Part shown: in pieces, positions 38,306-48,904 of the stretch
How the letters are laid out: the number at the start of each line of letters is the position of its first letter
Position numbering within the stretch: position 1 is the stretch's first letter
NCBI GenBank assembly: GCA_024405635.1
Contig: JAKSOL010000006.1
Coordinates: forward strand, 46,136-110,135
Length of the DNA stretch: 64,000 nucleotides
Source of the DNA: Salinivirgaceae bacterium
GTDB lineage: Bacteria; Bacteroidota; Bacteroidia; Bacteroidales; SZUA-534
Direction: 5' to 3'
Notes under the pieces: generated by a model
The model's input: the letters and a program-made list of their open reading frames with translations, nothing else
Told to the model about the DNA's origin: nothing
Databases searched by the model: none
Translations under genes and position numbers: made by a program

Positions 38306-40222
38306 ATGAACTCGTTTTTGAAAATTGCAGCCGTTTCGCCAACCATCAAAGTGGCCGACTGCCAATACAACACCAATTCTATTATCAATAGCCTTTCTAA
38401 AGCCGACCAACAAGGTGTACAAATTGCTGTTTTGCCCGAATTGTGCGTTTGTGGCTACACTTGCGCCGATTTGTTGAGCCAACCTTTCTTTGTAAACAAA
38501 TGCGCTGAAGCTCTTGGTATAATAGTTGAAAAAACAAAATCATTCAATTTGCTTTCGGCTATAGGTTTGCCCGTAGCTGTTGACGGTCGTTTATACAACT
38601 GTGCCGCTATAATTGGCAAAGGCACCATTTACGGATTGGTTCCCAAAACATATCTGCCAAACTACAACGAGTTTTACGAGCAACGTTGGTTCACTGCTGG
38701 TCCAAATTTGCAACGCTCTGAAATTGAATTGTGCGGACAAACCGTGCCAATTGGTACCGATTTGCTATTTGAAACAGGAAACGTGGTGATAGGTGCCGAA
38801 ATTTGCGAAGACATGTGGGTACCAATTCCACCATCGTCGTTTATGGCACTTGCAGGTGCTAATGTTTTGATAAACCTATCGGCCAGCAACGAAATGGTTG
38901 GCAAAAACGAGTATCGCCGACAATTAATAATGCAACAAAGCGCTCGCAACATTGCAGCATACGTTTATGCTTCGTCGGGTCAAGGCGAGTCAACAACCGA
39001 CTTGGTTTTTGGTGGCGCAACTTTCATTGCCGAAAATGGTTCAATATTAGCCGAAGGTGAACGTTTTACCCACGACGGTTGCATGATTGTTAGCGAAATT
39101 GATTTGGATAAACTTCAATCACAACGACTAAAGACTAGCACATTCACCACTCAAATACAAACACCAACATTCCGCCTTGTTCAAGTTCAAACATTAAATA
39201 CTCAAGTTGAAAAACTAACGCGCAAATTCAATCCGCATCCATTTATTCCAAACGATGCTCGCAGTTTGAACGAACGCTGCAGCGAAATTTTCAACATTCA
39301 AATATGTGGCCTTGCTCAACGTTTTGTGGCAAGCCATTCAAAATGCGCAGTAGTTGGCATTTCAGGCGGATTAGACTCAACCTTGGCTTTGCTTGTTGCT
39401 GTTGGAGCAATTGACCACCTAAATTTGCCACGCACCAACATTGTAGGCATCACAATGCCTGGATTTGGTACTACCGGACGAACATACAACAACGCTATAA
39501 ATATGATGCGCTTTTTGGGTGTTACTATTCGTGAAATTAGCATAGCCGACGCTTGCAATCAGCATTTTAAAGACATTAACCTTGACCCATCGGACCGAAG
39601 TGTAACTTATGAAAATAGCCAAGCTCGCGAACGTACTCAAATACTGATGGATGTGGCTAACAAAGAGGGTGGAATGGTGGTTGGCACTGGCGATTTGAGC
39701 GAACTTGCACTTGGTTGGGCAACCTACAACGGCGACCACATGAGCATGTATGGTGTAAATGCTAGTGTGCCCAAAACCCTTGTAAAGCACCTTGTTGAGT
39801 GGGCCGCAAACGAACCACAATATGCAGCAGCTCGCGAAACTCTGCTAGACATTATTGACACACCTATCAGCCCAGAATTGTTGCCAGCCGATAACGAAGG
39901 AAAAATTGCACAAAAAACCGAAGATTTGGTTGGCCCCTATGAACTGCACGACTTTTTCTTATACAATTTTCTACGTTTCGGATACTCACCAAAACGCTTA
40001 TACTCAATGGCTTTGGTAGCTTTTGATGGCAAGTACACTGCCGTTGTTGTAAAAAAATGGTTGCTAACTTTCCTCCGTCGATTCTTCAACCAACAATTTA
40101 AACGCTCGGCTTTACCCGATGGACCAAAAGTTGGTTCGGTTAGTCTTTCGCCTCGTGGAGATTGGCGCATGCCTAGCGACACAACTGCACAAATGTGGAT
40201 GAGCGAAATTGAAAACCTATAA
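38306..40222 (+). CDS. nadE: Glutamine-dependent NAD+ synthetase
   Basis: Nitrilase domain (LPEL, EICEDMW) plus GISGGLDST synthetase domain. Confidence 0.96.
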   Translation: MNSFLKIAAVSPTIKVADCQYNTNSIINSLSKADQQGVQIAVLPELCVCGYTCADLLSQPFFVNKCAEALGIIVEKTKSFNLLSAIGLPVAVDGRLYNCAAIIGKGTIYGLVPKTYLPNYNEFYEQRWFTAGPNLQRSEIELCGQTVPIGTDLLFETGNVVIGAEICEDMWVPIPPSSFMALAGANVLINLSASNEMVGKNEYRRQLIMQQSARNIAAYVYASSGQGESTTDLVFGGATFIAENGSILAEGERFTHDGCMIVSEIDLDKLQSQRLKTSTFTTQIQTPTFRLVQVQTLNTQVEKLTRKFNPHPFIPNDARSLNERCSEIFNIQICGLAQRFVASHSKCAVVGISGGLDSTLALLVAVGAIDHLNLPRTNIVGITMPGFGTTGRTYNNAINMMRFLGVTIREISIADACNQHFKDINLDPSDRSVTYENSQARERTQILMDVANKEGGMVVGTGDLSELALGWATYNGDHMSMYGVNASVPKTLVKHLVEWAANEPQYAAARETLLDIIDTPISPELLPADNEGKIAQKTEDLVGPYELHDFFLYNFLRFGYSPKRLYSMALVAFDGKYTAVVVKKWLLTFLRRFFNQQFKRSALPDGPKVGSVSLSPRGDWRMPSDTTAQMWMSEIENL

Positions 40223-40226
40223 GCCA

Positions 40227-40841
40227 ATGGGAATTGTTGAAATACTTTTTTTGGCCGTAGGACTTTCAATGGACGCCTTTTCGGTATCGCTATGCAAAGG
40301 GCTTAAAATGCCCAAACTGAATATGCGTCATGGTTTGGTTATTGCTCTTTTCTTTGGAATTTTTCAAGGCGTTATGCCAATAATTGGCTGGTTGTTAGCC
40401 GTTAGTTTTGCCGAATATGTTACGTTGGTTGACCATTGGATTGCCTTTGTGCTTTTAACTTACATTGGTGGAAAAATGGCTTTTGAATCGTTTAAATCTG
40501 ATGAAGAAAAGCACTGCGACCACAACTGCGCAGTGTGTAGCCAAACAAATTGCAACATTCTAAAACTAGATTACAAAGAACTATTTGTGCTAGCCATTGC
40601 TACAAGTATCGATGCTTTGGCTGTTGGTATAACTTTTGCTTTTACGTCAAACATGCCCACAATACGAGTTCTTGGAGCATCTGGGTTAATTGCAATCACC
40701 ACTTTCGCCTTTTCAATAGTTGGTGTAGCCATAGGAAACCGCTTTGGAGTACGCTACAAAAGCAAAGCCGAATTGGCGGGCGGAATAATACTTATTGGTT
40801 TAGGCATTAAAATATTGATAGAAGGACTTTGCGGAAATTAG
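40227..40841 (+). CDS. mntP: Manganese efflux pump MntP
   Basis: GLSMDAFSVS and ATSIDALAVG repeats. Confidence 0.92.
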   Translation: MGIVEILFLAVGLSMDAFSVSLCKGLKMPKLNMRHGLVIALFFGIFQGVMPIIGWLLAVSFAEYVTLVDHWIAFVLLTYIGGKMAFESFKSDEEKHCDHNCAVCSQTNCNILKLDYKELFVLAIATSIDALAVGITFAFTSNMPTIRVLGASGLIAITTFAFSIVGVAIGNRFGVRYKSKAELAGGIILIGLGIKILIEGLCGN

Positions 40842-40888
40842 TACACCGCCAAATCAAAACAACGAATAACCAAAACAATAAACCCAAT

Positions 40889-41578
40889 ATGAGTTTAATA
40901 GTAATTGAAGGCCTTGATGGCGCAGGAAAATCAACACAATTAAAACTACTTCGCCAATATCTTGACGAAAAAGGACAACCATTTGAATATCTTCACTTTC
41001 CTCGTGTTGATAACGGAATTTTTGGCGACCTTGTTTCTCGTTTTCTACGTGGCGATTTGGGCGCAAACAACCAAGTTAACCCTTACCTTGTAGGCTTAAT
41101 ATACGCAGGCGATCGTAACGATGCTCAATCAACAATCAGACAATGGCAAAACGAAGGAAAACTGGTAATTATTGACCGTTACATATATTCAAACATGGCT
41201 TATCAGGGTGCAAAACTGAAAACAGTAGAGGAGAAGCAACAACTTCGCCAATGGATAAACAACCTTGAGTATGGTTACTACAACATTCCGCAACCCGATT
41301 TGAGTTTATTCCTCGATGTGCCATTTTCATTCACCCGACGCAGTTTAGAATCGGTTCGTACTGGCGACGATAGAGCTTATCTTGCTGGTAAACAAGACAT
41401 TCACGAGGCAGATCTTAACTTTCAAGAAACTGTGCGTCAAGAATACTTGGACCTAATTCGCACCGAAAACAAGTTTGAGTTGATTGAGTGCTTTGATGAC
41501 AACAACAACATGTTGACTCCAGACACTATTTTCGACAAAATTGTTGATAAACTAACATCATATAACATTTGTAAATAA
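40889..41578 (+). CDS. tmk: Thymidylate kinase
   Basis: IEGLDGAGKST, IIDRYIYSNMAYQG. Start moved to the ATG at 40889. Confidence 0.93.
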   Translation: MSLIVIEGLDGAGKSTQLKLLRQYLDEKGQPFEYLHFPRVDNGIFGDLVSRFLRGDLGANNQVNPYLVGLIYAGDRNDAQSTIRQWQNEGKLVIIDRYIYSNMAYQGAKLKTVEEKQQLRQWINNLEYGYYNIPQPDLSLFLDVPFSFTRRSLESVRTGDDRAYLAGKQDIHEADLNFQETVRQEYLDLIRTENKFELIECFDDNNNMLTPDTIFDKIVDKLTSYNICK

Positions 41579-42826
41579 TTGAATATGAAACCAATAACAA
41601 GGAATATTCTACTAGTTTGCCGCATCGTTCTTGGCGTAACTTTCATCTTTTCGGGATTTGTAAAAGCTGTCGATCCGCTTGGTAGTACATACAAATTTGT
41701 CGATTACTTCAACGCTTTCAACATTGGTTGGGCAAGCGGTTTGGCTTTAACATTGTCGTTTTTGCAGTCGGCTGCCGAATTTGTTGTTGGAGTGGCAATT
41801 TTGTTCAATCTGCTCATGCGCTATAGTTCGGTAATTGCGTTGGCTTTTATGGTAATTTTTACACCACTCACGCTTTACATTGCCATTTTTAATCCCGTTC
41901 ACGATTGCGGTTGCTTTGGCGAAGCTTTGGTTATAACCAACTGGCACACTTTTTTCAAAAACATAGTTCTGCTTGCAGCTGCAATAATCATTTATCTGTA
42001 TAGGAACAAAACCGATAATAAATACTCAAACGTTTGGCAGTCAGCGTTTTGCATTATAGCCACATTTGCCATTTCGATTTTTGAGGTTCACTCGTACCAT
42101 CACACTCAAGTGCTCGATTTTCGTGCATTTAAAGTTGGTTCGTCAATTCCCGACAAAATGAGCATTCCATCTGATGCGCCAACCGATGTTTGGGAAAGTT
42201 CGTTTGTTTATCAAAAAGATGGCAAGAAACAAGAGTTTTTGCTTACAAATTTGCCCGATAGCACATGGGAATTTGTTGAAGCCAAACACAAACTTATAAG
42301 CAAAGGCTACGAGCCTCCAATTACCGATTTTACAATAACAACACTTGAGGGCGACGACATAACCGACAATATTCTGCAAAGTTCAAACTACACATTCTTA
42401 TTGGTGGCTTATAATTTGGACAAAACCGAATTATCGTGCTACAATCGCATGAACCAAATATCGTCTGTAGCACAATCGCAAGGCTATACATTTATAATGT
42501 TAACCGCATCAACCGACGAGGCAATTGAGCGTTTTGTTGAAGCTGCCAACCCCAATTTTGGCATCTGTGTTGCCGACGAAACAATGCTAAAAACCATTGT
42601 TCGTTCAAATCCAGGACTAATGATTCTTCGCGACGGCGTTATAGTTGGAAAATGGAATTGGCGCGATGTGCCACAAACCAAATTCTTTGAGGGCAATATT
42701 CTTGCAAATAGTATGGAACAGCAACGCCAAAAGGCTGCTAATTTTTACACTTGGGCGCTAATCTTATTGTTTGCTTTTATCGCTTGCATTTGCTTACTTG
42801 CGGCAAATAATAAAAAAGATAAATAA
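41579..42826 (+). CDS. DoxX/MauE-like membrane protein (BT_3928 family)
   Basis: SGFVKAVDPLG, DCGCFG, thioredoxin-like C-terminal part; typical neighbour of tpiA. Confidence 0.85.
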   Translation: MNMKPITRNILLVCRIVLGVTFIFSGFVKAVDPLGSTYKFVDYFNAFNIGWASGLALTLSFLQSAAEFVVGVAILFNLLMRYSSVIALAFMVIFTPLTLYIAIFNPVHDCGCFGEALVITNWHTFFKNIVLLAAAIIIYLYRNKTDNKYSNVWQSAFCIIATFAISIFEVHSYHHTQVLDFRAFKVGSSIPDKMSIPSDAPTDVWESSFVYQKDGKKQEFLLTNLPDSTWEFVEAKHKLISKGYEPPITDFTITTLEGDDITDNILQSSNYTFLLVAYNLDKTELSCYNRMNQISSVAQSQGYTFIMLTASTDEAIERFVEAANPNFGICVADETMLKTIVRSNPGLMILRDGVIVGKWNWRDVPQTKFFEGNILANSMEQQRQKAANFYTWALILLFAFIACICLLAANNKKDK

Positions 42827-42867
42827 TAGTTTAACTACTTATAAATCAATATTTAATAAAACACGTT

Positions 42868-43623
42868 ATGAGAAAAAAAATTGTTGCAGGCAACTGGAAA
42901 ATGAATACCACCCTGCAAGAAGGTGTTGCTTTGGCAAACGACTTGAAAAATGCATTGGCTGGTAAAACAGTAAACTGCGATGTTGTAGTATGCACTCCTT
43001 ACATTTCAGTAGCTGCAGTTGCTGAAACTGTAAAAGGTTCAGTAATTGGTGTTGGTGCTGAAGATTGCTCAGCAAACGACAAAGGTGCTTACACTGGTGA
43101 AGTTTCAGCAAGCATGGTTGCATCAACTGGTGCAAAATATGTAATCTTGGGACACTCTGAGCGTCGTCAATATCATGGTGAGAACAACGAGATTCTTATC
43201 AAAAAACTTAACCAAGCAATTGCAAACGGCTTAACTCCAATCTTCTGCGTAGGTGAGGTTAAAGAGGAGCGCGAGTCTAACACCTTCAAATCAGTTATCG
43301 AAGGTCAAATGGCTGCAATCTACACTCTTTCAGCTGCTGATTTTGCAAAATGCGTTATCGCTTACGAGCCAGTTTGGGCTATCGGTACCGGTTTGACCGC
43401 TACTAGCGAGCAAGCACAAGAGGTTCACGCTTTCATTCGTGCTTCAATTGCTGCTAAATACGATGCTGCAACAGCTGACAACACTTCAATCCTTTACGGT
43501 GGTTCATGCAAAGGTAGCAACGCTCCTGAGTTGTTTGCTCAACCTGACATCGACGGTGGTTTGATTGGTGGTGCTGCTCTTAAAGCTGACACATTTATGC
43601 CAATCATCGAGGCTTGGAAGTAA
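42868..43623 (+). CDS. tpiA: Triosephosphate isomerase
   Basis: [24 protein letters not shown]. Confidence 0.98.
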   Translation: MRKKIVAGNWKMNTTLQEGVALANDLKNALAGKTVNCDVVVCTPYISVAAVAETVKGSVIGVGAEDCSANDKGAYTGEVSASMVASTGAKYVILGHSERRQYHGENNEILIKKLNQAIANGLTPIFCVGEVKEERESNTFKSVIEGQMAAIYTLSAADFAKCVIAYEPVWAIGTGLTATSEQAQEVHAFIRASIAAKYDAATADNTSILYGGSCKGSNAPELFAQPDIDGGLIGGAALKADTFMPIIEAWK

Positions 43624-43643
43624 TATTCACGTAGCTTTATAAT

Positions 43644-43686
43644 AAATAAGCGTGCATCTCTTTTTGAAATGCACGCTTATTTTTTT
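43644..43686. terminator. Bidirectional terminator between tpiA and map
   Basis: AAATAAGCGTGCAT...ATGCACGCTTATTT. Confidence 0.85.
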
Positions 43687-43708
43687 GTCCTATAAAATAG
43701 GTGATTTA

Positions 43709-44485
43709 TTAAGTAATAGGGTATTCGTCGTGAATGTCGGACAAAACCTCGTAACCGGTTTCGGTAACAAGAATGGTATGCTCAAATTGAGTTGAAAGTT
43801 TTCCATCAATTGAGCGAGCGGTCCAACCGTCGTTTGAGTCAATCACAACGCGCGATTTGCCGGCGTTAATCATTGGCTCAATGGTAAAAATCATGCCTGG
43901 ACGCATTTTGTAGCCGCTGTTTTTGCGTGCAATGTGGTCAATTTGAGGTTCCTCGTGAAATTCAACTCCAACACCATGTCCACAAAATTCCCAAACTACA
44001 CTATAACCTTTAGCTTGAGCATATCGGGCTATAAAAAAGCCAATGTTGCCGGTCATATTGTCGGGTCTAACTTGCTCAATGCCCAAATCTAAACAGTGTT
44101 TTGTTGCCTCAATTTGCTTGCGAGCTTTTTCCGAAATTTCACCAACTGCATACATTCTACTAGTGTCGCCATAATAACCATTCAAAATGGTGGTAACATC
44201 AATGTTAATCACGTCACCTTCTTTCAAAATAGTGTTGGGCGAGGGTATTCCGTGACAAACAACTTCGTTTGGCGAAATGCAAGTGTATTTTGGATAACCG
44301 CTATATCCTAAACAAGCTGAAATTGCGTGATTATCAGCAATATATTCAGCAATTATATTGTCAAGATATTCGGTATTTACACCTGGTTTTACGTATGGTT
44401 CAATAATATCGAGGCACGAAGCTGCCAGTTTTGCGCTTTTTCTGATGCCTTCAATCTGTTCGGCATTCTTTATTAAAATTGACAT
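43709..44485 (-). CDS. map: Methionine aminopeptidase type I
   Basis: NEVVCHGIP, GYYGDTSR, CGHGVG, FTIEPMIN, FEHT. Confidence 0.97.
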   Translation of the reverse strand: MSILIKNAEQIEGIRKSAKLAASCLDIIEPYVKPGVNTEYLDNIIAEYIADNHAISACLGYSGYPKYTCISPNEVVCHGIPSPNTILKEGDVINIDVTTILNGYYGDTSRMYAVGEISEKARKQIEATKHCLDLGIEQVRPDNMTGNIGFFIARYAQAKGYSVVWEFCGHGVGVEFHEEPQIDHIARKNSGYKMRPGMIFTIEPMINAGKSRVVIDSNDGWTARSIDGKLSTQFEHTILVTETGYEVLSDIHDEYPIT

Positions 44486-44571
44486 GTTGGTTTTTGTTTT
44501 TAATAACGCAAATGTAGGCAAGTCTGCTCAATTATTACCAATAAAGAGTGTAAAAGGTTGGTTTATTGCAC

Positions 44572-44606
44572 AAAAAAAGCGGAATTCGATATTGAACTCC
44601 GCTTTT
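44572..44606 (-). terminator. Terminator after the porin gene
   Basis: AAAAGCGGA...TCCGCTTTT with a T7 run on the minus strand. Confidence 0.7.
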
Positions 44607-44629
44607 ATATTGGTTTATAAATCAGTTGT

Positions 44630-45790
44630 TTAGAAGTAGAATTGCAAACGGCCTTGAATCATGTGTAAACCTTTGTCGCAAGCAACAGGATTAACTACAG
44701 TAGCATGGTCGTCGTTAGCTTTAGCATAAATGTAGTTCAAGCGAGCGTTGATGAATTTGTTAAAGAAGTAGTTAACCCCCAAGGTGATATCGAATTGGCT
44801 TGCTTTAATTTCTTTAGCATCTTCAAGAGCGCTTTCATATTCTTTTAAGCTTACAAAATCAACACGAGCAAGAACCTCAAGAGTTTTAGCTCCAGAGTTT
44901 GCAGCCAATGCGGTGCTCTTGTTATAGTTTTGTTTTTCGCCAATCAAAATGTACGATGCTTGAGCAAAAGCACCCGACAAGGTTGTGTTGTTTTCAGAAC
45001 CTGCAACGTTTACAAATGCGCTTTGGAAACGAGCCTCGGTGTAAAGTTTACCGCTGATAAACAAAGCCTCAGCCTCAATACGGTTAACATTTGAAGCATC
45101 TGCAGCAGTAATTGAAATTAAAGAGCTGCTACCCAATGTGCTTGGGAACTTTGACGCCATTGAAACTGCGTTGTATTTGTTGCGAGTGTACATTGGAGCT
45201 ACACCAAATTGAAGAACTTGGTCGTCGCTCAAAATAGGACGAACAATAGCTTTAGCACTTAATGATACACCTTTGTTCATTCCATCTTGATCAGCACTTG
45301 CGTCAGAGAACAAACCAGCACGCAACAACAATAAGTCGCTTGAGTAGGTGTATAATGCACCTAATTTACGTGCAGGGCAAAGAACATTATCAATTGAAGC
45401 ATCTTCAATGAATTTGTAAGCTGTGCCAGCAATCTTCAAACCAAAAGGTTGGAATTGGTTACCAACGCTTATTGAGTGTGCATCATTAATCTTGTAACCC
45501 ATTGTTACATCGCGGAAACTGATTGTTGAATTTTTAGCAAATTGAAGTTCAACTTTAGTTGTCCATTTTTCGTCAAACGATGCGGTAAAACCAAAACGAG
45601 TGTCGTTAACACCAACACCTCGGCGAGTGTCGCCCAAAGTTGTTGTGTCGTTTAAAAATGTTCCAGCATCAATGTGGGTACGTCCAGCAAAGCGAATTGT
45701 AATGTCGCCAGCATCTGACTTAACTTTTACTTGTGCGTTTGCGCACATTGCAGCAACCATCAAAGCCACTGCCATAATCAATTTTCTCAT
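44630..45790 (-). CDS. Outer-membrane porin, phosphate-selective OprO/OprP-like
   Basis: Signal peptide, alternating beta-strand pattern, TLGVNYF, C-terminal QFYF. Confidence 0.65.
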   Translation of the reverse strand: MRKLIMAVALMVAAMCANAQVKVKSDAGDITIRFAGRTHIDAGTFLNDTTTLGDTRRGVGVNDTRFGFTASFDEKWTTKVELQFAKNSTISFRDVTMGYKINDAHSISVGNQFQPFGLKIAGTAYKFIEDASIDNVLCPARKLGALYTYSSDLLLLRAGLFSDASADQDGMNKGVSLSAKAIVRPILSDDQVLQFGVAPMYTRNKYNAVSMASKFPSTLGSSSLISITAADASNVNRIEAEALFISGKLYTEARFQSAFVNVAGSENNTTLSGAFAQASYILIGEKQNYNKSTALAANSGAKTLEVLARVDFVSLKEYESALEDAKEIKASQFDITLGVNYFFNKFINARLNYIYAKANDDHATVVNPVACDKGLHMIQGRLQFYF

Positions 45791-46019
45791 TGTTATTTAT
45801 TATTTAGAATTCCATTTTTTGGGGGTGCAAAATTGAGGCTTTTTTATGAAAATCTATCAATAAAATGCACACTATTTAAAAGATTGGTAGGTGGTAAAAA
45901 AGAGTATCCCAAAGCTATGTGATTGATATTAAAAACTAATGAAAGTGCTATAAACAACGAATAACAAAAACTATCGGCAAACTTTCGCTAAATTCGCCTC
46001 AAACTAAATAAACACGAAA

Positions 46020-46838
46020 ATGGAACGTAAATGGCAGACTATCAAAGAGTATGAAGATATTCTATTTGAATATTTTGAGGGAATTGCAAAAATAACAATC
46101 AACCGACCAGAGGTTCGCAACGCTTTTCGTCCACAAACTGTTATGGAAATGTGCGAGGCAATGGAAATTTGTCGCAACGACGAAAACATTGGTTGTGTGG
46201 TGCTTACCGGTGCGGGCGACAAAGCATTTTGCAGCGGTGGTGACCAACGTGTGAAAGGCCGTGCTGGCTATGTTGGCAACGATGGAATTCCTCGTCTGAA
46301 TGTGCTTGAATTACAGAAACTTATACGTTATTTACCAAAACCTGTTGTGGCTATGGTTAATGGTTACGCCATTGGCGGTGGTCATGTGTTGCACTTGGTT
46401 TGCGACCTTTCAATTGCATCCGACAATGCTTTTTTTGGTCAAACGGGACCTAAAGTTGGCAGTTTTGACGGAGGTTTTGGCTCATCATATTTAGCTCGAA
46501 TTGTGGGACAAAAAAAGGCTCGCGAAATTTGGTTCCTTTGTCGCCAATATTCAGCTGCCGAGGCTTTAGATATGGGTTTGGTTAACAAGGTTGTGCCTTT
46601 TGACAAACTTGAAGACGAAGTGGTGGAATGGTGCCAAATAATGTTAGAGCGTTCGCCAATGGCTTTGCGTATGATTAAAGCAGGTTTGAATGCCGAACTC
46701 GACGGACAAGTTGGTATTCAACAACTTGCAGGCGATTGCACCTTGTTGTTCTACCAAACCGATGAGGCGCAAGAAGGAAAAAATGCGTTTCTTGAAAAAC
46801 GTAAACCCGATTTTAGCAAATACAAACGCTTGCCATAA
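46020..46838 (+). CDS. menB: 1,4-dihydroxy-2-naphthoyl-CoA synthase
   Basis: [28 protein letters not shown]. Confidence 0.97.
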   Translation: MERKWQTIKEYEDILFEYFEGIAKITINRPEVRNAFRPQTVMEMCEAMEICRNDENIGCVVLTGAGDKAFCSGGDQRVKGRAGYVGNDGIPRLNVLELQKLIRYLPKPVVAMVNGYAIGGGHVLHLVCDLSIASDNAFFGQTGPKVGSFDGGFGSSYLARIVGQKKAREIWFLCRQYSAAEALDMGLVNKVVPFDKLEDEVVEWCQIMLERSPMALRMIKAGLNAELDGQVGIQQLAGDCTLLFYQTDEAQEGKNAFLEKRKPDFSKYKRLP

Positions 46839-46879
46839 AAACAGGCCAATGTGTGGTTTTTGTTGCAAACAAACAGAAC

Positions 46880-47791
46880 ATGAATAAGAAAAAAACTAAA
46901 GCGTGGATTGAGGCTGCTCGTTTGCGAACATTGCCGCTATCCATTTCGGGTATTTTAGCAGGTAGCGCCGTTGCTTGGCATCATAATTTGATGAGCATAA
47001 GCGTGTTTGTGCTTTTGTTACTTACAACAATTGCGTTGCAAGTTCTTTCAAATATGGCAAATGACCTTGGCGACTATCAACATGGTGCCGATACCGAAGA
47101 ACGTGTTGGCCCACAACGAGGTTTGCAAGGAGGAGTATTGAGCGAAAAAGAGATGCGCATCGGCGTTATAGTTTGTGCAATTGTGTCGTTTTTGGTTGGC
47201 GTTGCAATGCTTGCTGCCGCATTTATTCCTAAAAACGAGTGGATTTTCTTCGGTTGCTTTGTTGCTTTTGGCATTCTTACAATTATTGCTGCACTAAAAT
47301 ATACAATGGGCAAAAATCCCTACGGATACAGCGGCAAAGGCGACCTTATGGTGTTCATTTTCTTTGGGTTAGCAACCGTTGCAGGATCGTACATAATACA
47401 CTCTGCCAGTTTAAACCTTTTACCAGCTTTGTTCCCCGCCATCAGCATTGGATTGTTTAGTATGGGCGTGCTGAACGTCAACAACTTACGCGATAACGAG
47501 AGCGACAAAAAAACAGGCAAAAACACGCAAATAGTAAAACATGGTGTTTCTTATGGACAGCGTTACCACTTGTTTCTTTGCGTTGGCGGAATTGCAAGCA
47601 TGGCAGTTTATTTTGTTGCTATTCAGCAATTTTGGGGCTTAGCATGGATAGCCGTTCCTTCGTTTATTATTCTCAAACACGCACTTCGCATATTCAATGC
47701 AAAAGAGATTAAAGCTATTGATCCTGAGCTAAAAAAACTATCACTAAGCACTTTGCTGATGGCTATACTAATGTGGTGCGCGCTGATTTAA
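46880..47791 (+). CDS. menA: 1,4-dihydroxy-2-naphthoate prenyltransferase
   Basis: ARLRTLPLS, NDLGD, NVNNLRD; multiple TM helices. Confidence 0.93.
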   Translation: MNKKKTKAWIEAARLRTLPLSISGILAGSAVAWHHNLMSISVFVLLLLTTIALQVLSNMANDLGDYQHGADTEERVGPQRGLQGGVLSEKEMRIGVIVCAIVSFLVGVAMLAAAFIPKNEWIFFGCFVAFGILTIIAALKYTMGKNPYGYSGKGDLMVFIFFGLATVAGSYIIHSASLNLLPALFPAISIGLFSMGVLNVNNLRDNESDKKTGKNTQIVKHGVSYGQRYHLFLCVGGIASMAVYFVAIQQFWGLAWIAVPSFIILKHALRIFNAKEIKAIDPELKKLSLSTLLMAILMWCALI

Positions 47792-47847
47792 GCGTTACGT
47801 CATAATTTGCTGATTATTAACCAATAACAACACGCAACTAAAATACT

Positions 47848-48885
47848 ATGCTGCAAGCATCGGTTACAAAACACATATTAAAATTCAACGAACCTAGCGG
47901 AACATCGCGCGGCATTTTAACCGAAAAACCATCATGGTTTCTGCGCATTTGGGACTCTGAAAATCCAGAAATTGTTGGCATTGGCGAAATATCAACCATA
48001 CCAAAACTATCGCCTGAAACCGATAAAGTAGTAGAACATCAACTTGAACAAAAACTGCGCAACCTTAATGCTGTTAATGTGTCCGATGATGAACAATGGC
48101 GCAATTTGCCAGCCTTAAGATTTGGTTTTGAAACAGCTTTGCTTGATTTACAAAATGGAGGCAAACACATTCTTTATCAATCAGATTTTACAAGTGGAAA
48201 AACGGGCATTCCAATCAATGGCTTGGTTTGGATGGGCGATTTTGAAACAATGGGTCGCCGTGTTCAGCAAAAGATTGATGAGGGTTTTCGTTGCATTAAA
48301 CTTAAAATTGGAGCTATTGATTTTCAGCAAGAATTACGCCTAATAGAATTCATTGCAAATAACTTTCCCGAAATTGAAATTCGCCTTGATGCCAACGGCG
48401 CATTTAATCCAAATGATGCGCTGCAAAAGTTGAACACAATAAGCAAATTTCCCATACATTCAATTGAACAGCCTATTCGTGCAGGGCAGTGGCAGCAAAT
48501 GGCTCAACTTTGCAAACAGTCGCCAATACGCATTGCTCTCGATGAGGAACTGATTGGTATTGAGGACAATATTGACGCTATGCTTGATGCCATTATGCCT
48601 CAATTTATAATATTAAAACCATCGCTTATTGGCGGACTTAAACAAAGCGAGCGTTGGATTAAAGCAGCCGAAAATCGTGGAATAGGATGGTGGGCAACTT
48701 CGGCTTTAGAAAGCAACTTTGGACTTAATGCCATTGCGCAATGGGTTTATAATCACGGATTTAATATGCCGCAAGGGCTTGGAACTGGAAAAATATACTC
48801 AAACAACATTCCTTCGCCACTCGATATGCACAATGCTCATTTGTGGCATTTGGCAACCGAAAAATGGGACGAAACAAAAATTTAA
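47848..48885 (+). CDS. menC: o-succinylbenzoate synthase
   Basis: Enolase superfamily motifs KLKIG, RLDANG, EQP, ALDEEL. Confidence 0.9.
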   Translation: MLQASVTKHILKFNEPSGTSRGILTEKPSWFLRIWDSENPEIVGIGEISTIPKLSPETDKVVEHQLEQKLRNLNAVNVSDDEQWRNLPALRFGFETALLDLQNGGKHILYQSDFTSGKTGIPINGLVWMGDFETMGRRVQQKIDEGFRCIKLKIGAIDFQQELRLIEFIANNFPEIEIRLDANGAFNPNDALQKLNTISKFPIHSIEQPIRAGQWQQMAQLCKQSPIRIALDEELIGIEDNIDAMLDAIMPQFIILKPSLIGGLKQSERWIKAAENRGIGWWATSALESNFGLNAIAQWVYNHGFNMPQGLGTGKIYSNNIPSPLDMHNAHLWHLATEKWDETKI

Positions 48886-48904
48886 CCACCAAAAAACTTC
48901 AACA